A DNA stretch of 64,000 nt. Origin: an uncultured Gemmatimonadales bacterium. Lineage in GTDB: Bacteria > Gemmatimonadota > Gemmatimonadetes > Gemmatimonadales > Gemmatimonadaceae. The notes under the pieces are model-generated. The model was given only the letters and a program-made list of their open reading frames with translations. It ran no database searches and was not told where the DNA came from. Position 1 is the first letter of the stretch; the number at the start of each line of letters is the position of its first letter. The stretch lies in assembly GCA_963793305.1 (NCBI GenBank), contig CAWBZV010000010.1:155000-218999 (forward strand), given 5' to 3'. The position numbers and the translations under genes were made by a program. Positions 50,592 through 60,784 of the stretch are shown here, piece after piece.

Positions 50592-51605
50592 ATGCGCATG
50601 CCCGCGGAGTGGGAGTCGCACGAGGCGACGTGGATCGCGTGGCCCCATCACGAGCCGGATTGGCCCGGAAAGTTCGAGGCGATCCGATGGGATTACGCCG
50701 AGATCGTGCGAGCGCTCGTCGGATCCGAGCGCGTCGAGATCCTGTGCGCGAGTGCCGAGGTGCGGGCCGACGCAACAGAGGCACTGGCCGCGCACGGCGT
50801 ACCACCCCAAGCGTATCGCTTGCACCTCGTCTCGACCGACCGATCGTGGCTCCGCGACTCGGCGCCCACCGGTGTCGATCAGGGGTTGGTCCGATGGCAC
50901 TTCAACGCGTGGGCGAAGTACGATAACTATGCATTGGACGCGAGGGTGCCCTTCGCGGTGTCAAACATCAGTGGTCTCCGGCTGATCGATCCGGTGCGGC
51001 CCGATACCGGTGCGCCTGTCGTCATGGAAGGCGGGGCGTTGGACGTGAACGGCGAAGGGCTGATCCTCGTGACCGAAGAGTGCTTGCTCTCGACCGTGCA
51101 GTGCCGGAATCCTGGTCTCTCGCGGGAGGGCTACGAGACCATCTTCCGCGAGTACCTCGGCGCGCGGCAGACCCTGTGGCTCGGCGCGTCGTGCGTCGGG
51201 GATGATACGCATGGGCACGTCGATGACGTGGCGCGGTTCGTCGATCCGGATACCATTGTTCTCGCGTTCGAGGAGGATCCCGCGGACGACAACTACCTGG
51301 CTTCGGTCGACAATCTTCGGCGACTGGAGCTCGCCGGGGGGAACGACGGCGCGTTTCGCGTCGTGCGGGTGCCGTTTCCGCGGCCTGTGCTCATGGACGG
51401 GCAGCGGTTGCCGGCGTCGTACGCGAACTTTTACATCGCGAATACGAAGGTGCTCGTTCCCACGTTCAACGATCCCGCGGACCGCGTGGCACTGAATGCC
51501 ATCGCTGGGCTATTTCCCGATCGCCAGGTCGTCGGGATCCATGCCGTCGACCTCGTGTGGGGGTTTGGCACGCTGCATTGCCTGACGCAGCAGCAGCCGA
51601 AATGA
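50592..51605 (+). CDS. aguA: Agmatine deiminase
   Basis: MPAEWE.H, WLRD, FNAW, EGG, DTHGHVD, ASYANFY, G.LHCLTQQQP. Confidence 0.93.
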   Translation: MRMPAEWESHEATWIAWPHHEPDWPGKFEAIRWDYAEIVRALVGSERVEILCASAEVRADATEALAAHGVPPQAYRLHLVSTDRSWLRDSAPTGVDQGLVRWHFNAWAKYDNYALDARVPFAVSNISGLRLIDPVRPDTGAPVVMEGGALDVNGEGLILVTEECLLSTVQCRNPGLSREGYETIFREYLGARQTLWLGASCVGDDTHGHVDDVARFVDPDTIVLAFEEDPADDNYLASVDNLRRLELAGGNDGAFRVVRVPFPRPVLMDGQRLPASYANFYIANTKVLVPTFNDPADRVALNAIAGLFPDRQVVGIHAVDLVWGFGTLHCLTQQQPK

Positions 51606-52282
51606 GATGTCTCCCTTGGGCCGCGCTCATCGTCGCGGTTGCGGGCTGCAGCCACCACGCGCAACCACCGACGACAGCGGCGGCACCTTCGACGCGGCCT
51701 GTATATCAAGACACCACGGCAGCATGGGCTGGCTTGCATCCACGCCCGGACTCAGGCCGCGTACAGCCTGACTCCGGCCATCCTGACTCGGGCCGCTTCC
51801 GCCCTGACAGCACAGTACAGCCGGCCGCCGCGACAGCGGCGACGCCGAGTAAGGCGGATACGAGCGCCAGTAGCTGGATGGCGGCAAACCTGGCCATTGG
51901 CGATGGCGTGTTCATTGTCCGCGCCCACTATGGCGGCCGGGTATACGTCGGCGCCGGCGACGCCACGCAGACGATGACGCTACAGGTCGACGCCGACGCG
52001 GTCGATGACTTCGTGCGCGAGACCCGCGCCTTTCTGCCGCCTAAGAAACCGCACCGCGATGCCCCACCGCCGGTGCTGGAGGAGCCCAAGAGCGGCCGAA
52101 CGATGTCGTTTGGCCGCCACGTCTACGCCGGCGAAGCCCGCTATCGCTTTTTCTTCTCGGATGACCGCGCCGGCGGCTTCTCGCTGCCAGCGACGCTGAC
52201 CGAGACACGCGCGATCCTCGCCGGTCTTACCCGCGGCGCCGCGCTGACCCGCGAGGCGCAGTCCGGCAAGAAAGCGCCATGA
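51602..52282 (+). CDS. Hypothetical lipoprotein with PDS(G) repeats
   Basis: Lipobox VAGC; four PDS units in the linker. Confidence 0.65.
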   Translation: MRCLPWAALIVAVAGCSHHAQPPTTAAAPSTRPVYQDTTAAWAGLHPRPDSGRVQPDSGHPDSGRFRPDSTVQPAAATAATPSKADTSASSWMAANLAIGDGVFIVRAHYGGRVYVGAGDATQTMTLQVDADAVDDFVRETRAFLPPKKPHRDAPPPVLEEPKSGRTMSFGRHVYAGEARYRFFFSDDRAGGFSLPATLTETRAILAGLTRGAALTREAQSGKKAP

Positions 52283-52312
52283 CGAACTGTCTCCGCCGTT
52301 CGTCATGATGAG

Positions 52313-53506
52313 GTGATCGCCTGGCTCGGATTTCTGCTGGCGGCGCAGGCTGACACGACGCCCGCGCCCGATAGCGCGACGTTGGACGCCGAGCGGCTGT
52401 TCACGGTCGATTACGTGATCGAGCGCGGCGTGACCGCCGGTGGATTCCCCGGCGCATCGGTGGCGATCGGCCGCCGCGACGGCACCGTGTGGCTCCGTGG
52501 CTATGGCGCACGCGGGTGCGCTGACCAGGCTCACTCGGCGGTCGACCCCTCGACGACCGTCTACGATCTGGCGTCGCTCACGAAAGTGATCGCCACGACG
52601 ACCGCGATCATGATCCTGTATGACCAGGGGCGCGTTCGCCTCGACGCTCCGGTCGCGCGGTATCTTCCCAGTTGGAAGATCGGCAAGCGCGCCCACGTGA
52701 CACTGCGTGACCTCCTGACCCACCGGTCAGGGTTACCAGCCGGCCGGGAGCTGTGGCGCGTACCACACCCGCGCCGGGCGGTGCTCAAGACGCCGCTGGA
52801 GTACACGCCGGGGGATCACTACGTGTACTCGGACCTCGGCGCCGACGTCCTCGGCTTCGTCGTCGAAGCCGTGGCGCACGAGCCGCTCGATGCGTTCGTG
52901 TCCGAGCATGTGTTTCAGAAACTGGGCATGAAGTCGACGCGGTTCCGCCCGCCGAAATCGTGGCACAGTCGCCTCGCGCTCACCGAAGCGCCGCTGGGAC
53001 GCGTCCACGATCGCAATGCCGCGGCCCTTGGTGGCGTCGCGGGCCACGCGGGGCTATTCAGCAGCGCGGCCGACCTGTCTATCTTTGCCCGTATGATGCT
53101 CAATGGTGGACGCCTCGACGGCGTGCGCATCGTTCACGAATCGACCGTGGCGCTCTTCACGCGCCGCGCGGCCGGCCATCGCGCGCTGGGGTGGGATACC
53201 TGCGGCGGCGCGAGCTGCGGGCAGATCATGGACGAGACGGCGTATGGCCACACGGGCTACACCGGGACCAGCATCTGGATCGATCCGTCGCATGACGTGT
53301 TCGTGATCTTGCTCACGAACTGGGCATGCGGCGATGATACACATCCGCTACCTGCGTGGGCCGCGCTGGCCGATGTGCGGGCCGATGTGGCCGACATTGC
53401 CGAGGCGGCGACCCTCGACCTGGGGCCGCTGGCGAGGCCGACCCTCACGCTGCGCTCGGACGGCGAGCGCGGGTGGCACACGAGCTCCGTTTCGATGCCG
53501 CGCTGA
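52313..53506 (+). CDS. Serine hydrolase, beta-lactamase class C-like
   Basis: SLTK, LLTHRSG, YSD, GHAGLFS, GHTGYTG. Confidence 0.9.
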   Translation: MIAWLGFLLAAQADTTPAPDSATLDAERLFTVDYVIERGVTAGGFPGASVAIGRRDGTVWLRGYGARGCADQAHSAVDPSTTVYDLASLTKVIATTTAIMILYDQGRVRLDAPVARYLPSWKIGKRAHVTLRDLLTHRSGLPAGRELWRVPHPRRAVLKTPLEYTPGDHYVYSDLGADVLGFVVEAVAHEPLDAFVSEHVFQKLGMKSTRFRPPKSWHSRLALTEAPLGRVHDRNAAALGGVAGHAGLFSSAADLSIFARMMLNGGRLDGVRIVHESTVALFTRRAAGHRALGWDTCGGASCGQIMDETAYGHTGYTGTSIWIDPSHDVFVILLTNWACGDDTHPLPAWAALADVRADVADIAEAATLDLGPLARPTLTLRSDGERGWHTSSVSMPR

Positions 53507-53542
53507 CGGCCGCGCACATTCTTTGCGAGTCTGACGTGATCC

Positions 53543-54946
53543 GTGCTCTTCGATAGCGCCGTCTACCTCGTCTTCTTGACTCTCGTCGTGTTCGCCTACT
53601 GGCGGATGCGACATACAGCCCAAAATCGCTTTCTGCTGGCGGCCAGCTACTTCTTCTACGGCTGGTGGGACTGGCGATTCCTGCTGGTCATGATCGCGTC
53701 GACCGCGATCGACTATTGGATCGCGGGCGCGATCAGCAGGAGCACGGAACCGCGTCAGCGGCGGTCGCTGCTCGTGGTCTCCCTGGTGATCAACTTCTCG
53801 ATCCTCGGGTTCTTCAAGTACTTCAATTTCTTCGTCGACTCGGCCGAAAAGTTCGCAGTGTTGCTCGGCATGCATTCGATTCCGCACGCCCTGTTCAGCA
53901 TCATCCTGCCGCCGGCTATCTCGTTCTATACGTTCCAGGAAGTCGCCTATATCGTCGACGTGTACTACGGGCGCGTGGTCGCCGCGACATCGTTTGTCGA
54001 CTACGGGCTCTTTATCAGCTTCTTTCCCCACCTGATCGCCGGGCCCATTCAACGGCCATCCCACTTGCTCCCTCAGGTCCAGCGTCCACGGGTGGTGGAT
54101 CAGGCGCGCATCTATGACGGCGTCATGCTCATCCTGTCCGGGCTCTTTCGCAAGTGCGTCATCGCCGACAGCTGCGGCGTGCTGGCCAACGCGGCGTTCA
54201 GTGGCCGCATGGGGTCAACCGGCATCGCGGCACTGATCGGCATCTATGCGTTCGCGTGGCAGATCTACGGTGACTTCAGTGGCTACAGCGACATTGCTCG
54301 GGGCAGCGCGCAGGTGCTCGGGTTTCACTTCATGGTCAACTTCCGGCAGCCGTATCTCGCGACGAGCTTGCAGGACTTCTGGCGGCGCTGGCATATCAGT
54401 CTCTCGACCTGGCTGCGCGACTATCTCTACATCCCACTCGGTGGCAGCCGGCACGGCGAGGTCGCGACCTATCGCAATCTGTTCGTGACCATGCTGTTGG
54501 GAGGCCTGTGGCACGGCGCGAACTGGACGTTCGTCTTCTGGGGCGCATTGCACGGCGCTGGCCTGGCGGTCGAGCGGGCGCTGGGTCTCGCGAAGGAGGT
54601 CGTGCACACGGCGCTCGGGACCTGGTGGCGCCGGATCCTGGTCTTCCACTTCGTCTGCTTCGGCTGGATCTTCTTCCGCGCGACATTGTTCGGGGCAGCG
54701 TGGGCGTATCTCCGCCAGTTCACGAACTGGGCGTGGCGGCCCACGTACTTGTCGGCGCTCGCGTACCTCGTGATCTTCACGCTGCCGCTGTTCGCGATGG
54801 ATCTCCGGCTGGAGAGCACGGGCGAAGAGTATCTGGGCCAGACCGCACGCTATCGGTGGCAGATCGCGGCCGCCGCGGCGGCGGTCATCGCGGTCGCGAT
54901 ATTCAGTCAGGGCGAGTCGAGCGCGTTCATCTACTTCCAATTTTAG
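53543..54946 (+). CDS. MBOAT O-acyltransferase (AlgI/PatA/DltB family)
   Basis: KYFNFF, ISFYTFQ, AGPI.R, DFSGYSD, FWRRWHISLS.WLRDY.Y, GLWHGA. Confidence 0.93.
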   Translation: MLFDSAVYLVFLTLVVFAYWRMRHTAQNRFLLAASYFFYGWWDWRFLLVMIASTAIDYWIAGAISRSTEPRQRRSLLVVSLVINFSILGFFKYFNFFVDSAEKFAVLLGMHSIPHALFSIILPPAISFYTFQEVAYIVDVYYGRVVAATSFVDYGLFISFFPHLIAGPIQRPSHLLPQVQRPRVVDQARIYDGVMLILSGLFRKCVIADSCGVLANAAFSGRMGSTGIAALIGIYAFAWQIYGDFSGYSDIARGSAQVLGFHFMVNFRQPYLATSLQDFWRRWHISLSTWLRDYLYIPLGGSRHGEVATYRNLFVTMLLGGLWHGANWTFVFWGALHGAGLAVERALGLAKEVVHTALGTWWRRILVFHFVCFGWIFFRATLFGAAWAYLRQFTNWAWRPTYLSALAYLVIFTLPLFAMDLRLESTGEEYLGQTARYRWQIAAAAAAVIAVAIFSQGESSAFIYFQF

Positions 54947-54947
54947 C

Positions 54948-55904
54948 ATGTCGCGTCGCCTGCTCTGGGTGCTGATCGTGTGCGGCCTACTGTGCGTCGG
55001 CCTCGAGGGCGCGTCAGCCTGGATGCTCGGGCATCTGGCCACGAACCGCGTGGTCCGCGACGAGACCCTGGATGCCGTGCACCTCGTCTCGACGCCGGGC
55101 GGGCCACGTCCGGTGCTGATCGTCGGCAACTCGCTCGTGCTGCACGGTGTCGACCTCGACGCCCTCCAGGCCGCGCTCGGCCCGGGCTACGAGGCGAAGA
55201 AAGAATACGTCCTCGGCTCCGGCTACCAAGACTGGCGATATGGCGTGCCGTCGCTCCTCGATCGCGGGAGTCACCCGAGTCTCATCGTGCTCGGATTCAG
55301 CCCGGCGCAACTGGTGACCGACCGACCACCCGTGGGCCGCACCGCGCGACTCGTGTGGACCGCCGGGAACCTCGAGCGCTACACGGTCGATGAACGGATC
55401 GGCCTGACCGAGGCGAGCAACCTCGTGCTCCAGCACTACTCGGCGTTCTTCGCTCTCAGGGATCAACTCCGGCAGGACTCGCGAAAGCTGATCGTGCCGA
55501 ACTACACCGCGATGGCGCACGATCTCTTCGACCGGACGCCGATCAAGCCCGACTCCGTCACCAATGTGGCCATCGCCGCCGCGAGGCTCGCGGAGCTGGA
55601 CTCGATCTGTGCCGCCAAAGGCGTGCGGTTCGCCTACCTGCTCATTCCGACCCGGGCGCCGGACGACGTGGTGATCGAGCCGATGATGATCGAGGCCGGC
55701 AAGCGCGCGGGCGTGCCGGTCCTCATCCCCGTTTCGAATCGCGCGCTGCTGCCAACGGACATGCTCGACGGGTACCACATGAACCCCACCGGGGCCGCCA
55801 CCTTCAGCACGCGGACCGGCGCCGCGCTGCGCTCGATCAGCGAGGCGGCGACGCGAGCTTCGGCGAGTAGTACACGATATTCCCGCCGCGATACGCCGCA
55901 ATAG
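54948..55904 (+). CDS. SGNH-like acyltransferase partner (AlgJ/PatB/DltD-like)
   Basis: N-terminal TM, GNS motif, DGYH motif; directly after the MBOAT gene. Confidence 0.7.
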   Translation: MSRRLLWVLIVCGLLCVGLEGASAWMLGHLATNRVVRDETLDAVHLVSTPGGPRPVLIVGNSLVLHGVDLDALQAALGPGYEAKKEYVLGSGYQDWRYGVPSLLDRGSHPSLIVLGFSPAQLVTDRPPVGRTARLVWTAGNLERYTVDERIGLTEASNLVLQHYSAFFALRDQLRQDSRKLIVPNYTAMAHDLFDRTPIKPDSVTNVAIAAARLAELDSICAAKGVRFAYLLIPTRAPDDVVIEPMMIEAGKRAGVPVLIPVSNRALLPTDMLDGYHMNPTGAATFSTRTGAALRSISEAATRASASSTRYSRRDTPQ

Positions 55905-56310
55905 TCGTCGTCCCGACGCCCGCGAGCGACAGCACGACGACGAGGGCGCCGAGCCAGACTGGCGGCACGCCGGTCTCACGGGGTCGCAGGAGCCGCCACC
56001 AGGCGTACGCGCTGACCGCACCCATCGCGATCAGCACCCACATGGCGGTGTCACCCGCCTCCTCGTGCTTCTCGATCGAGTCTCGCGTCACATACCACTT
56101 GTCTTTCATGACGTCTTCGGCTGCGTGCCCGGTGAGCATCACGGGATAGGCGCTGACGCCCGCGATGGTGAGCGAGACGAGCGCGTAGAGCCACACGGCG
56201 CGGCGACGGGTGGCGATCGCCAGCACGGCCGCCATGGCGCCGATCACGGTCAGAATGATCGGGACGTGATTGACCAGCAGGTGCAGGTACGCGGCATCCA
56301 TGGTATGCAT
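55837..56310 (-). CDS. DUF2231-like membrane protein
   Basis: HLLVNHVPI, TG..A, HEEAG, A..GG.IV; 4 TM segments. Confidence 0.7.
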   Translation of the reverse strand: MHTMDAAYLHLLVNHVPIILTVIGAMAAVLAIATRRRAVWLYALVSLTIAGVSAYPVMLTGHAAEDVMKDKWYVTRDSIEKHEEAGDTAMWVLIAMGAVSAYAWWRLLRPRETGVPPVWLGALVVVLSLAGVGTTTIAAYRGGNIVYYSPKLASPPR

Positions 56311-56327
56311 GCGGTTAACTTTGGCGG

Positions 56328-57011
56328 ATGGCGACCGTGAAGGGAATACCGGCCGTCGTGCTCCTCTCCGGCGGCCTCGACTCGACGACCACGCTCGCGA
56401 TCGCGACCCGTGACGCGTACACGGTGCACGCCCTGACGTTCCGCTACGGGCAGCGCCACGCGCATGAGATCGACGCCGCGCGGCGGATCGCGGCGCGATA
56501 CCACGTGGCGCGCCACGAGATCGTCGATGTCGACCTGCGGGCGTTCGGCGGCTCAGCGCTCACCGCCGACATCCCCGTGCCGAAAGATCGCGAGATCGGC
56601 GACGGCATTCCCATCACGTACGTTCCCGCACGGAATACGATCTTTCTCGCGTTCGCGCTCGCCTACGCCGAGGTCTCGCGCGCGGGCGACATCTTCATCG
56701 GCGTGAACCACATGGATAGCTCGGGCTATCCGGACTGTCGCCCCGAGTACATCGCGGCGTTCGAGCGCCTCGCGAATCTGGCGACCAAGTCCGCGGTCGA
56801 AAGTCAGGCCGCCATCCGCATTCGCACGCCGCTCATCGATCTCACGAAATCAGAGATTATTTCGCTCGGGCTCTCGCTTGGTGTCGATTACTCGATGACC
56901 ACGAGTTGCTATGATCCCGATCCGAGTGGCGCGGCGTGTGGGCGGTGCGATGCGTGTCAGTTGCGGCTCAGAGGGTTCGCGGACGTTGGCATGGCGGATC
57001 CCGCGCTATGA
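56328..57011 (+). CDS. queC: 7-cyano-7-deazaguanine synthase
   Basis: SGGLDS, YGQRH, TYVPARN, YPDCRP, SCY...CG.C..C. Confidence 0.96.
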   Translation: MATVKGIPAVVLLSGGLDSTTTLAIATRDAYTVHALTFRYGQRHAHEIDAARRIAARYHVARHEIVDVDLRAFGGSALTADIPVPKDREIGDGIPITYVPARNTIFLAFALAYAEVSRAGDIFIGVNHMDSSGYPDCRPEYIAAFERLANLATKSAVESQAAIRIRTPLIDLTKSEIISLGLSLGVDYSMTTSCYDPDPSGAACGRCDACQLRLRGFADVGMADPAL

Positions 57012-57634
57012 CGTATACCGTCCGCGAGATCTTTTACACATTGCAAGGTGAAGGGGCGAACACCGGACGGCCCGCCGTTTTCTGCCGGTTCGCCGGCTGT
57101 AATTTGTGGACCGGTCGTGAAGCAGATCGATCCACGGCGATCTGCCAATTTTGCGACACCGAGTTCGTTGGTGTCGGGCCCGACGGGGGCTCCTTCGCAT
57201 CTCCCGATGCGCTCGTCTCAGCGGTTGTCTCCCACTGGCCCTCGGCTGACCGTCCGTTCGTCGTCTGCACCGGAGGCGAGCCGCTGCTCCAACTCGATGA
57301 CTCGCTGATCGCCGCATTCCATGATGCCGGCTGTGAGGTTGCAATCGAGACGAATGGGACGCAGCTGCCACCATCCGGGATCGACTGGGTATGCGTTTCG
57401 CCGAAGGCGAACGCACCATTCGTACTCACGCGAGGCGACGAGCTCAAGCTGGTCTATCCGCAAGACGGAGCTGAGCCCGAACGCTTCGCTTCGCTCGCGT
57501 TCCGGCACTTCTTTCTGCAACCTATGGACGGACCCCAGCGAGAGGACAACACGAGACGAGCGATCGAGTACTGTTTACAGCACCCGAAGTGGCGACTCTC
57601 CGTGCAGACGCACAAAGTCCTGGGGCTCCGATAA
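57008..57634 (+). CDS. queE: 7-carboxy-7-deazaguanine synthase (CX14CX2C radical SAM)
   Basis: [15 protein letters not shown]...C.FCDT, TGGEP, ETNG, SPK, QTHK. Confidence 0.95.
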   Translation: MTYTVREIFYTLQGEGANTGRPAVFCRFAGCNLWTGREADRSTAICQFCDTEFVGVGPDGGSFASPDALVSAVVSHWPSADRPFVVCTGGEPLLQLDDSLIAAFHDAGCEVAIETNGTQLPPSGIDWVCVSPKANAPFVLTRGDELKLVYPQDGAEPERFASLAFRHFFLQPMDGPQREDNTRRAIEYCLQHPKWRLSVQTHKVLGLR

Positions 57635-58005
57635 TGGAACTCTTCGCGGAATTTTCATTCGAGGCAGCACACCGGTTACCGAACGTCCCGGACACGCACC
57701 CATGCGCGCGGATGCACGGGCACTCCTATCAGATCCGTATCACGATCAAGGGCCCGGTGGATGAGCGCATCGGTTGGGTGCGGGATTTCTACGACATTGC
57801 CTCGGCGTTCGAGCCATTTCGCGTTCAACTCGATCATCACGTGTTGAACGAGATCCCCGGGCTCGAAAACCCGACCAGTGAACATCTGGCCCGGTGGCTC
57901 TGGCAGGGGCTGAGTGGGGTGCTCACGAACATCGCCGCGATCGAGGTGAGGGAGACCCGCTACATGGGGTGCACCTACCGTGGGGACGAAGACGAGCTAA
58001 ATTAG
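57634..58005 (+). CDS. queD: 6-carboxy-5,6,7,8-tetrahydropterin synthase
   Basis: FEAAH.LP, C...HGHSY, LDH..LN, NPTSE. Confidence 0.95.
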   Translation: MELFAEFSFEAAHRLPNVPDTHPCARMHGHSYQIRITIKGPVDERIGWVRDFYDIASAFEPFRVQLDHHVLNEIPGLENPTSEHLARWLWQGLSGVLTNIAAIEVRETRYMGCTYRGDEDELN

Positions 58006-58047
58006 CCCCCGCACGAGCTCTAGCGCCGCCTCTGGTAGAGGTTGGCA

Positions 58048-58062
58048 TGGCACGTTCCCTGC
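58048..58062 (+). promoter_or_regulatory. Sigma54 (-24/-12) promoter
   Basis: TGGCACGTTCCCTGC, GG-N10-GC, ~28 bp upstream of the NlpC/P60 ATG. Confidence 0.6.
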
Positions 58063-58090
58063 CAAGTAGGGTGTTCGTCTAAGCCCTAGC

Positions 58091-58729
58091 ATGGAGACCC
58101 ATTTGCGATTTCGGTGGCTACTCGCTCTCGGTTTGATCTACGCTTCGCAGAGCTTCGCACAGCAAGAGAGCGTCCCACCGATCCTCTTGGGTCATCAGGC
58201 CACCGTCATCGACGCGCCGCCGCACGCGCCGGCGCTCGAACCGCTGGCGTTCTCGGCCAGCGATAAGCCGCTCTCGGCCATCAGCATCTCGGCGCTCTCG
58301 CTGCGCGACTCCATCGTCGCGCTCGTGCGCGCGCAAGTCGGCCGCAAGTACAAGCACGGTGGCGAGTCGCCCCGCTATGGGTTCGACTGCAGTGGGCTCG
58401 TGCACTATGTCATGGCGGCGCTCAAGATCGATCTGCCGCGCACCGCCAAAGATCAGGCGAAGTTCGGGCTCGGCCTGCCGAAAGACTCGACGCAGCTGAG
58501 ACCCGGCGATCTCTTGACCTTCGGGTTCGACAAGAAGGGCGTGTCGCACATCGGCATCTACGTCGGCGAGGGACGCTTCGTGCATGCCTCGAGTGCCGCC
58601 GGGCGTGTGATCGAGAGCCCGCTCGATCGGCCAATAGTGCGGCGCGTCAAGCCGTGGCGCGGAGCGCGCCGCGTGCTCACGGAGGCGGGCCCGGACTCCA
58701 CGGTAGCGAGTCAGCCGGCACGGGACTGA
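58091..58729 (+). CDS. NlpC/P60 (C40) cell-wall peptidase
   Basis: Y..GG.SP..GFDCSG, LPRT, PGDL..F, HIGIY, FVHAS. Confidence 0.92.
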   Translation: METHLRFRWLLALGLIYASQSFAQQESVPPILLGHQATVIDAPPHAPALEPLAFSASDKPLSAISISALSLRDSIVALVRAQVGRKYKHGGESPRYGFDCSGLVHYVMAALKIDLPRTAKDQAKFGLGLPKDSTQLRPGDLLTFGFDKKGVSHIGIYVGEGRFVHASSAAGRVIESPLDRPIVRRVKPWRGARRVLTEAGPDSTVASQPARD

Positions 58730-59897
58730 CGGGCGCGATCGTCCGTCGTCGCACGGCGCTCGTCGAGTCGACCGTTACACCGGTCGACGGAAAATCCAGG
58801 CTACTCAGACTGTCGAGTAATACGCGCGCGCGACCCGACGAGTCAGCGCGCACGATCCCCTCGCTCACCTGCGTCGTCGACTCGAGCACCACGTGGCCGG
58901 GCGCGCCGAGCGAATCGAGCGTAGCGCACATCACGACGCCTGAATTTCGCGGCTCGGCCAGGTTGAACGGGCCGTAGTTGACGAGATTGCCGAGCGAGTA
59001 GAACGCCAGCGCGCTATCCCGCCATTCGGCCGCGCGCAGCACGTGCGGACCATGGCCGATCACGAGCCATGCGCCCGCATCGATTGCCGCGTGGGCAAAC
59101 GCGACCGGATTGCCGCGATCCTCGCCGACAAAGTGCTCGGTCGAGTCGCCCGTTCGTTGCGCACTCGCGCCCTCGGCGCCCATGTGGGCGGTCACAATCA
59201 CCCGACTATATCGCGCATGCGCCGCGGCCACGAGTCGCGAGACCGCTCCGAGGTCGCCAACACCCGGCGACGACCACGCACTGAATCCGAGCACGGCGAT
59301 CGTGTCGCCACGCTTCGTCACCGCGAGCGACGGGATCGTGTCCGCGCCCGTGACGAGCAGTCCCGCCTGACGCAGGAGGTGCACCGAGTGCACAAAGCCA
59401 TCGTCGCCGGCATCATGCGCGTGATTGTTCGCGACGTTTGCGACGACGACCGTCGCGCTATCGCCCAGCTTTCTCAGCGCCGCCGCCGCTGACGCGGGCT
59501 GACGTAGCACGAAACAATGGGCGCTCGGCGGCTTCGCCGCCTGCGCATCGGCCTTTGAGCGCCTTCGTGTTCGGCCACCCGTCTGTGTGCTGCCAGTGGC
59601 ACCGTGTGCGTAGCGGCGAAGCCGCGCGCGCACAGTGCACTTGTCTTCAGAGACAGAGTCGTCGCCGAACGCCCCCTCGGCGTTGAACAGCACGATGTCG
59701 GCGCCCGAGAAGAGCGGGGCTAATGGCGAAACCAACGAATCGGGCGGGATGAGGGCCGCACGCCAGTTGCCCTTGGCAACGCCGGTCGCGATACGCCCCC
59801 ACGTGCTATCGAGGTTGGTGCCGAGGGTCACGTCACCGCCGGCGCACACTCGGACGCTATCGCAAGCGAGAGCAAAGAGCAGCGCGGCCGCGATCAC
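58677..59897 (-). CDS. CapA (PGA_cap) family metallophosphoesterase
   Basis: GD..LG, NAEG, ANNH.HD.G, H.G.E, GHGPHV, YSLGN. Confidence 0.88.
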   Translation of the reverse strand: MIAAALLFALACDSVRVCAGGDVTLGTNLDSTWGRIATGVAKGNWRAALIPPDSLVSPLAPLFSGADIVLFNAEGAFGDDSVSEDKCTVRARLRRYAHGATGSTQTGGRTRRRSKADAQAAKPPSAHCFVLRQPASAAAALRKLGDSATVVVANVANNHAHDAGDDGFVHSVHLLRQAGLLVTGADTIPSLAVTKRGDTIAVLGFSAWSSPGVGDLGAVSRLVAAAHARYSRVIVTAHMGAEGASAQRTGDSTEHFVGEDRGNPVAFAHAAIDAGAWLVIGHGPHVLRAAEWRDSALAFYSLGNLVNYGPFNLAEPRNSGVVMCATLDSLGAPGHVVLESTTQVSEGIVRADSSGRARVLLDSLSSLDFPSTGVTVDSTSAVRRRTIAPVSPVPADSLPWSPGPPP

Positions 59898-60784
59898 TGC
59901 GCCTGATGAACAGTCTGCCCGCGCGTCGGCTCGCCACGGTCGACCGGCGTGCCGTCGGCGACATAGTGCTGGAACTGGGCCGGCATACCGGCGCCCACCA
60001 TGAACAATGGCGTACTCTGCATGTGATAATGCAGGTGAGTGCCACAGCGGCCGACCGGGTCGCCCGGCCGCACGCGTTGCCCGCGCGTCACGGCGACGGA
60101 CCCACGGTCGAGGTGCGCCAGAAACGAAAATTCGCCGTTGCCGTGATCGATCACCACGTAGTTCCCGAGCGCCGCACTGTCGGCCACGCTGTCGACGAGA
60201 TCGACGACGGTGCCGGCGCCCGGCGCCAACACGGGCCGGCCGCGGCAGCCGTCCTTGGTACCGAAGTCGTACGCGAACCGTTGGTCAGGTGAGCTCGCGT
60301 GACGGTTCTGCGCCAGCGTGCGCCCACCCCAGAGCACGAGCCACTCGCCCGTGAAGGGGAGCCGTAGCACCGTCTTCGTCTTGTAGTCGAGAAACGCCGA
60401 GCTGGCCTCCGACACGGGCGACGGACGCACGAAGAAGCCCGCAATGTTGCCCGTCGCATCGAACGTCCACCGCACGACGATCGGCTGCGTGATCTTTTCG
60501 ACTTCGATCAGCTGGTCGTAGATCGTGTATGGCGCCCGCTGCGACTCGGCCTCGGTGATCACGTACTGCTTGGCGCCGAGCTGCGCGCGAATCGTCTCCC
60601 GGACTCCGGCGAACTTGGCGCTGTCCATCGCCGCGCGCAACTCGGGTGTGAACCGCGCGAAGACTTCGGCCAGGTGATCGCCCCAGAACAGGTCCGTGTA
60701 CTGCCGGCCCCAGGCGACTGCGCTGTCGGTCTGGGCATGCGCCACAGCCGCCGAGAGCAGGACGCCCAAGAGACCTCGCATCAT
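59894..60784 (-). CDS. M23 family peptidase with N-terminal DUF3887-like domain
   Basis: Signal peptide; H......AYD, GNYVVIDHG, AHL, HLHY. Confidence 0.85.
   Translation of the reverse strand: MMRGLLGVLLSAAVAHAQTDSAVAWGRQYTDLFWGDHLAEVFARFTPELRAAMDSAKFAGVRETIRAQLGAKQYVITEAESQRAPYTIYDQLIEVEKITQPIVVRWTFDATGNIAGFFVRPSPVSEASSAFLDYKTKTVLRLPFTGEWLVLWGGRTLAQNRHASSPDQRFAYDFGTKDGCRGRPVLAPGAGTVVDLVDSVADSAALGNYVVIDHGNGEFSFLAHLDRGSVAVTRGQRVRPGDPVGRCGTHLHYHMQSTPLFMVGAGMPAQFQHYVADGTPVDRGEPTRGQTVHQAQ

Noticed and set aside
56328..58005. queCED as a 7-deazaguanine DNA-modification (dpd) island or preQ1-riboswitch operon
   Set aside because: No dpdA/tgt-like gene in the window; only 17 bp upstream of queC, with no preQ1 motif
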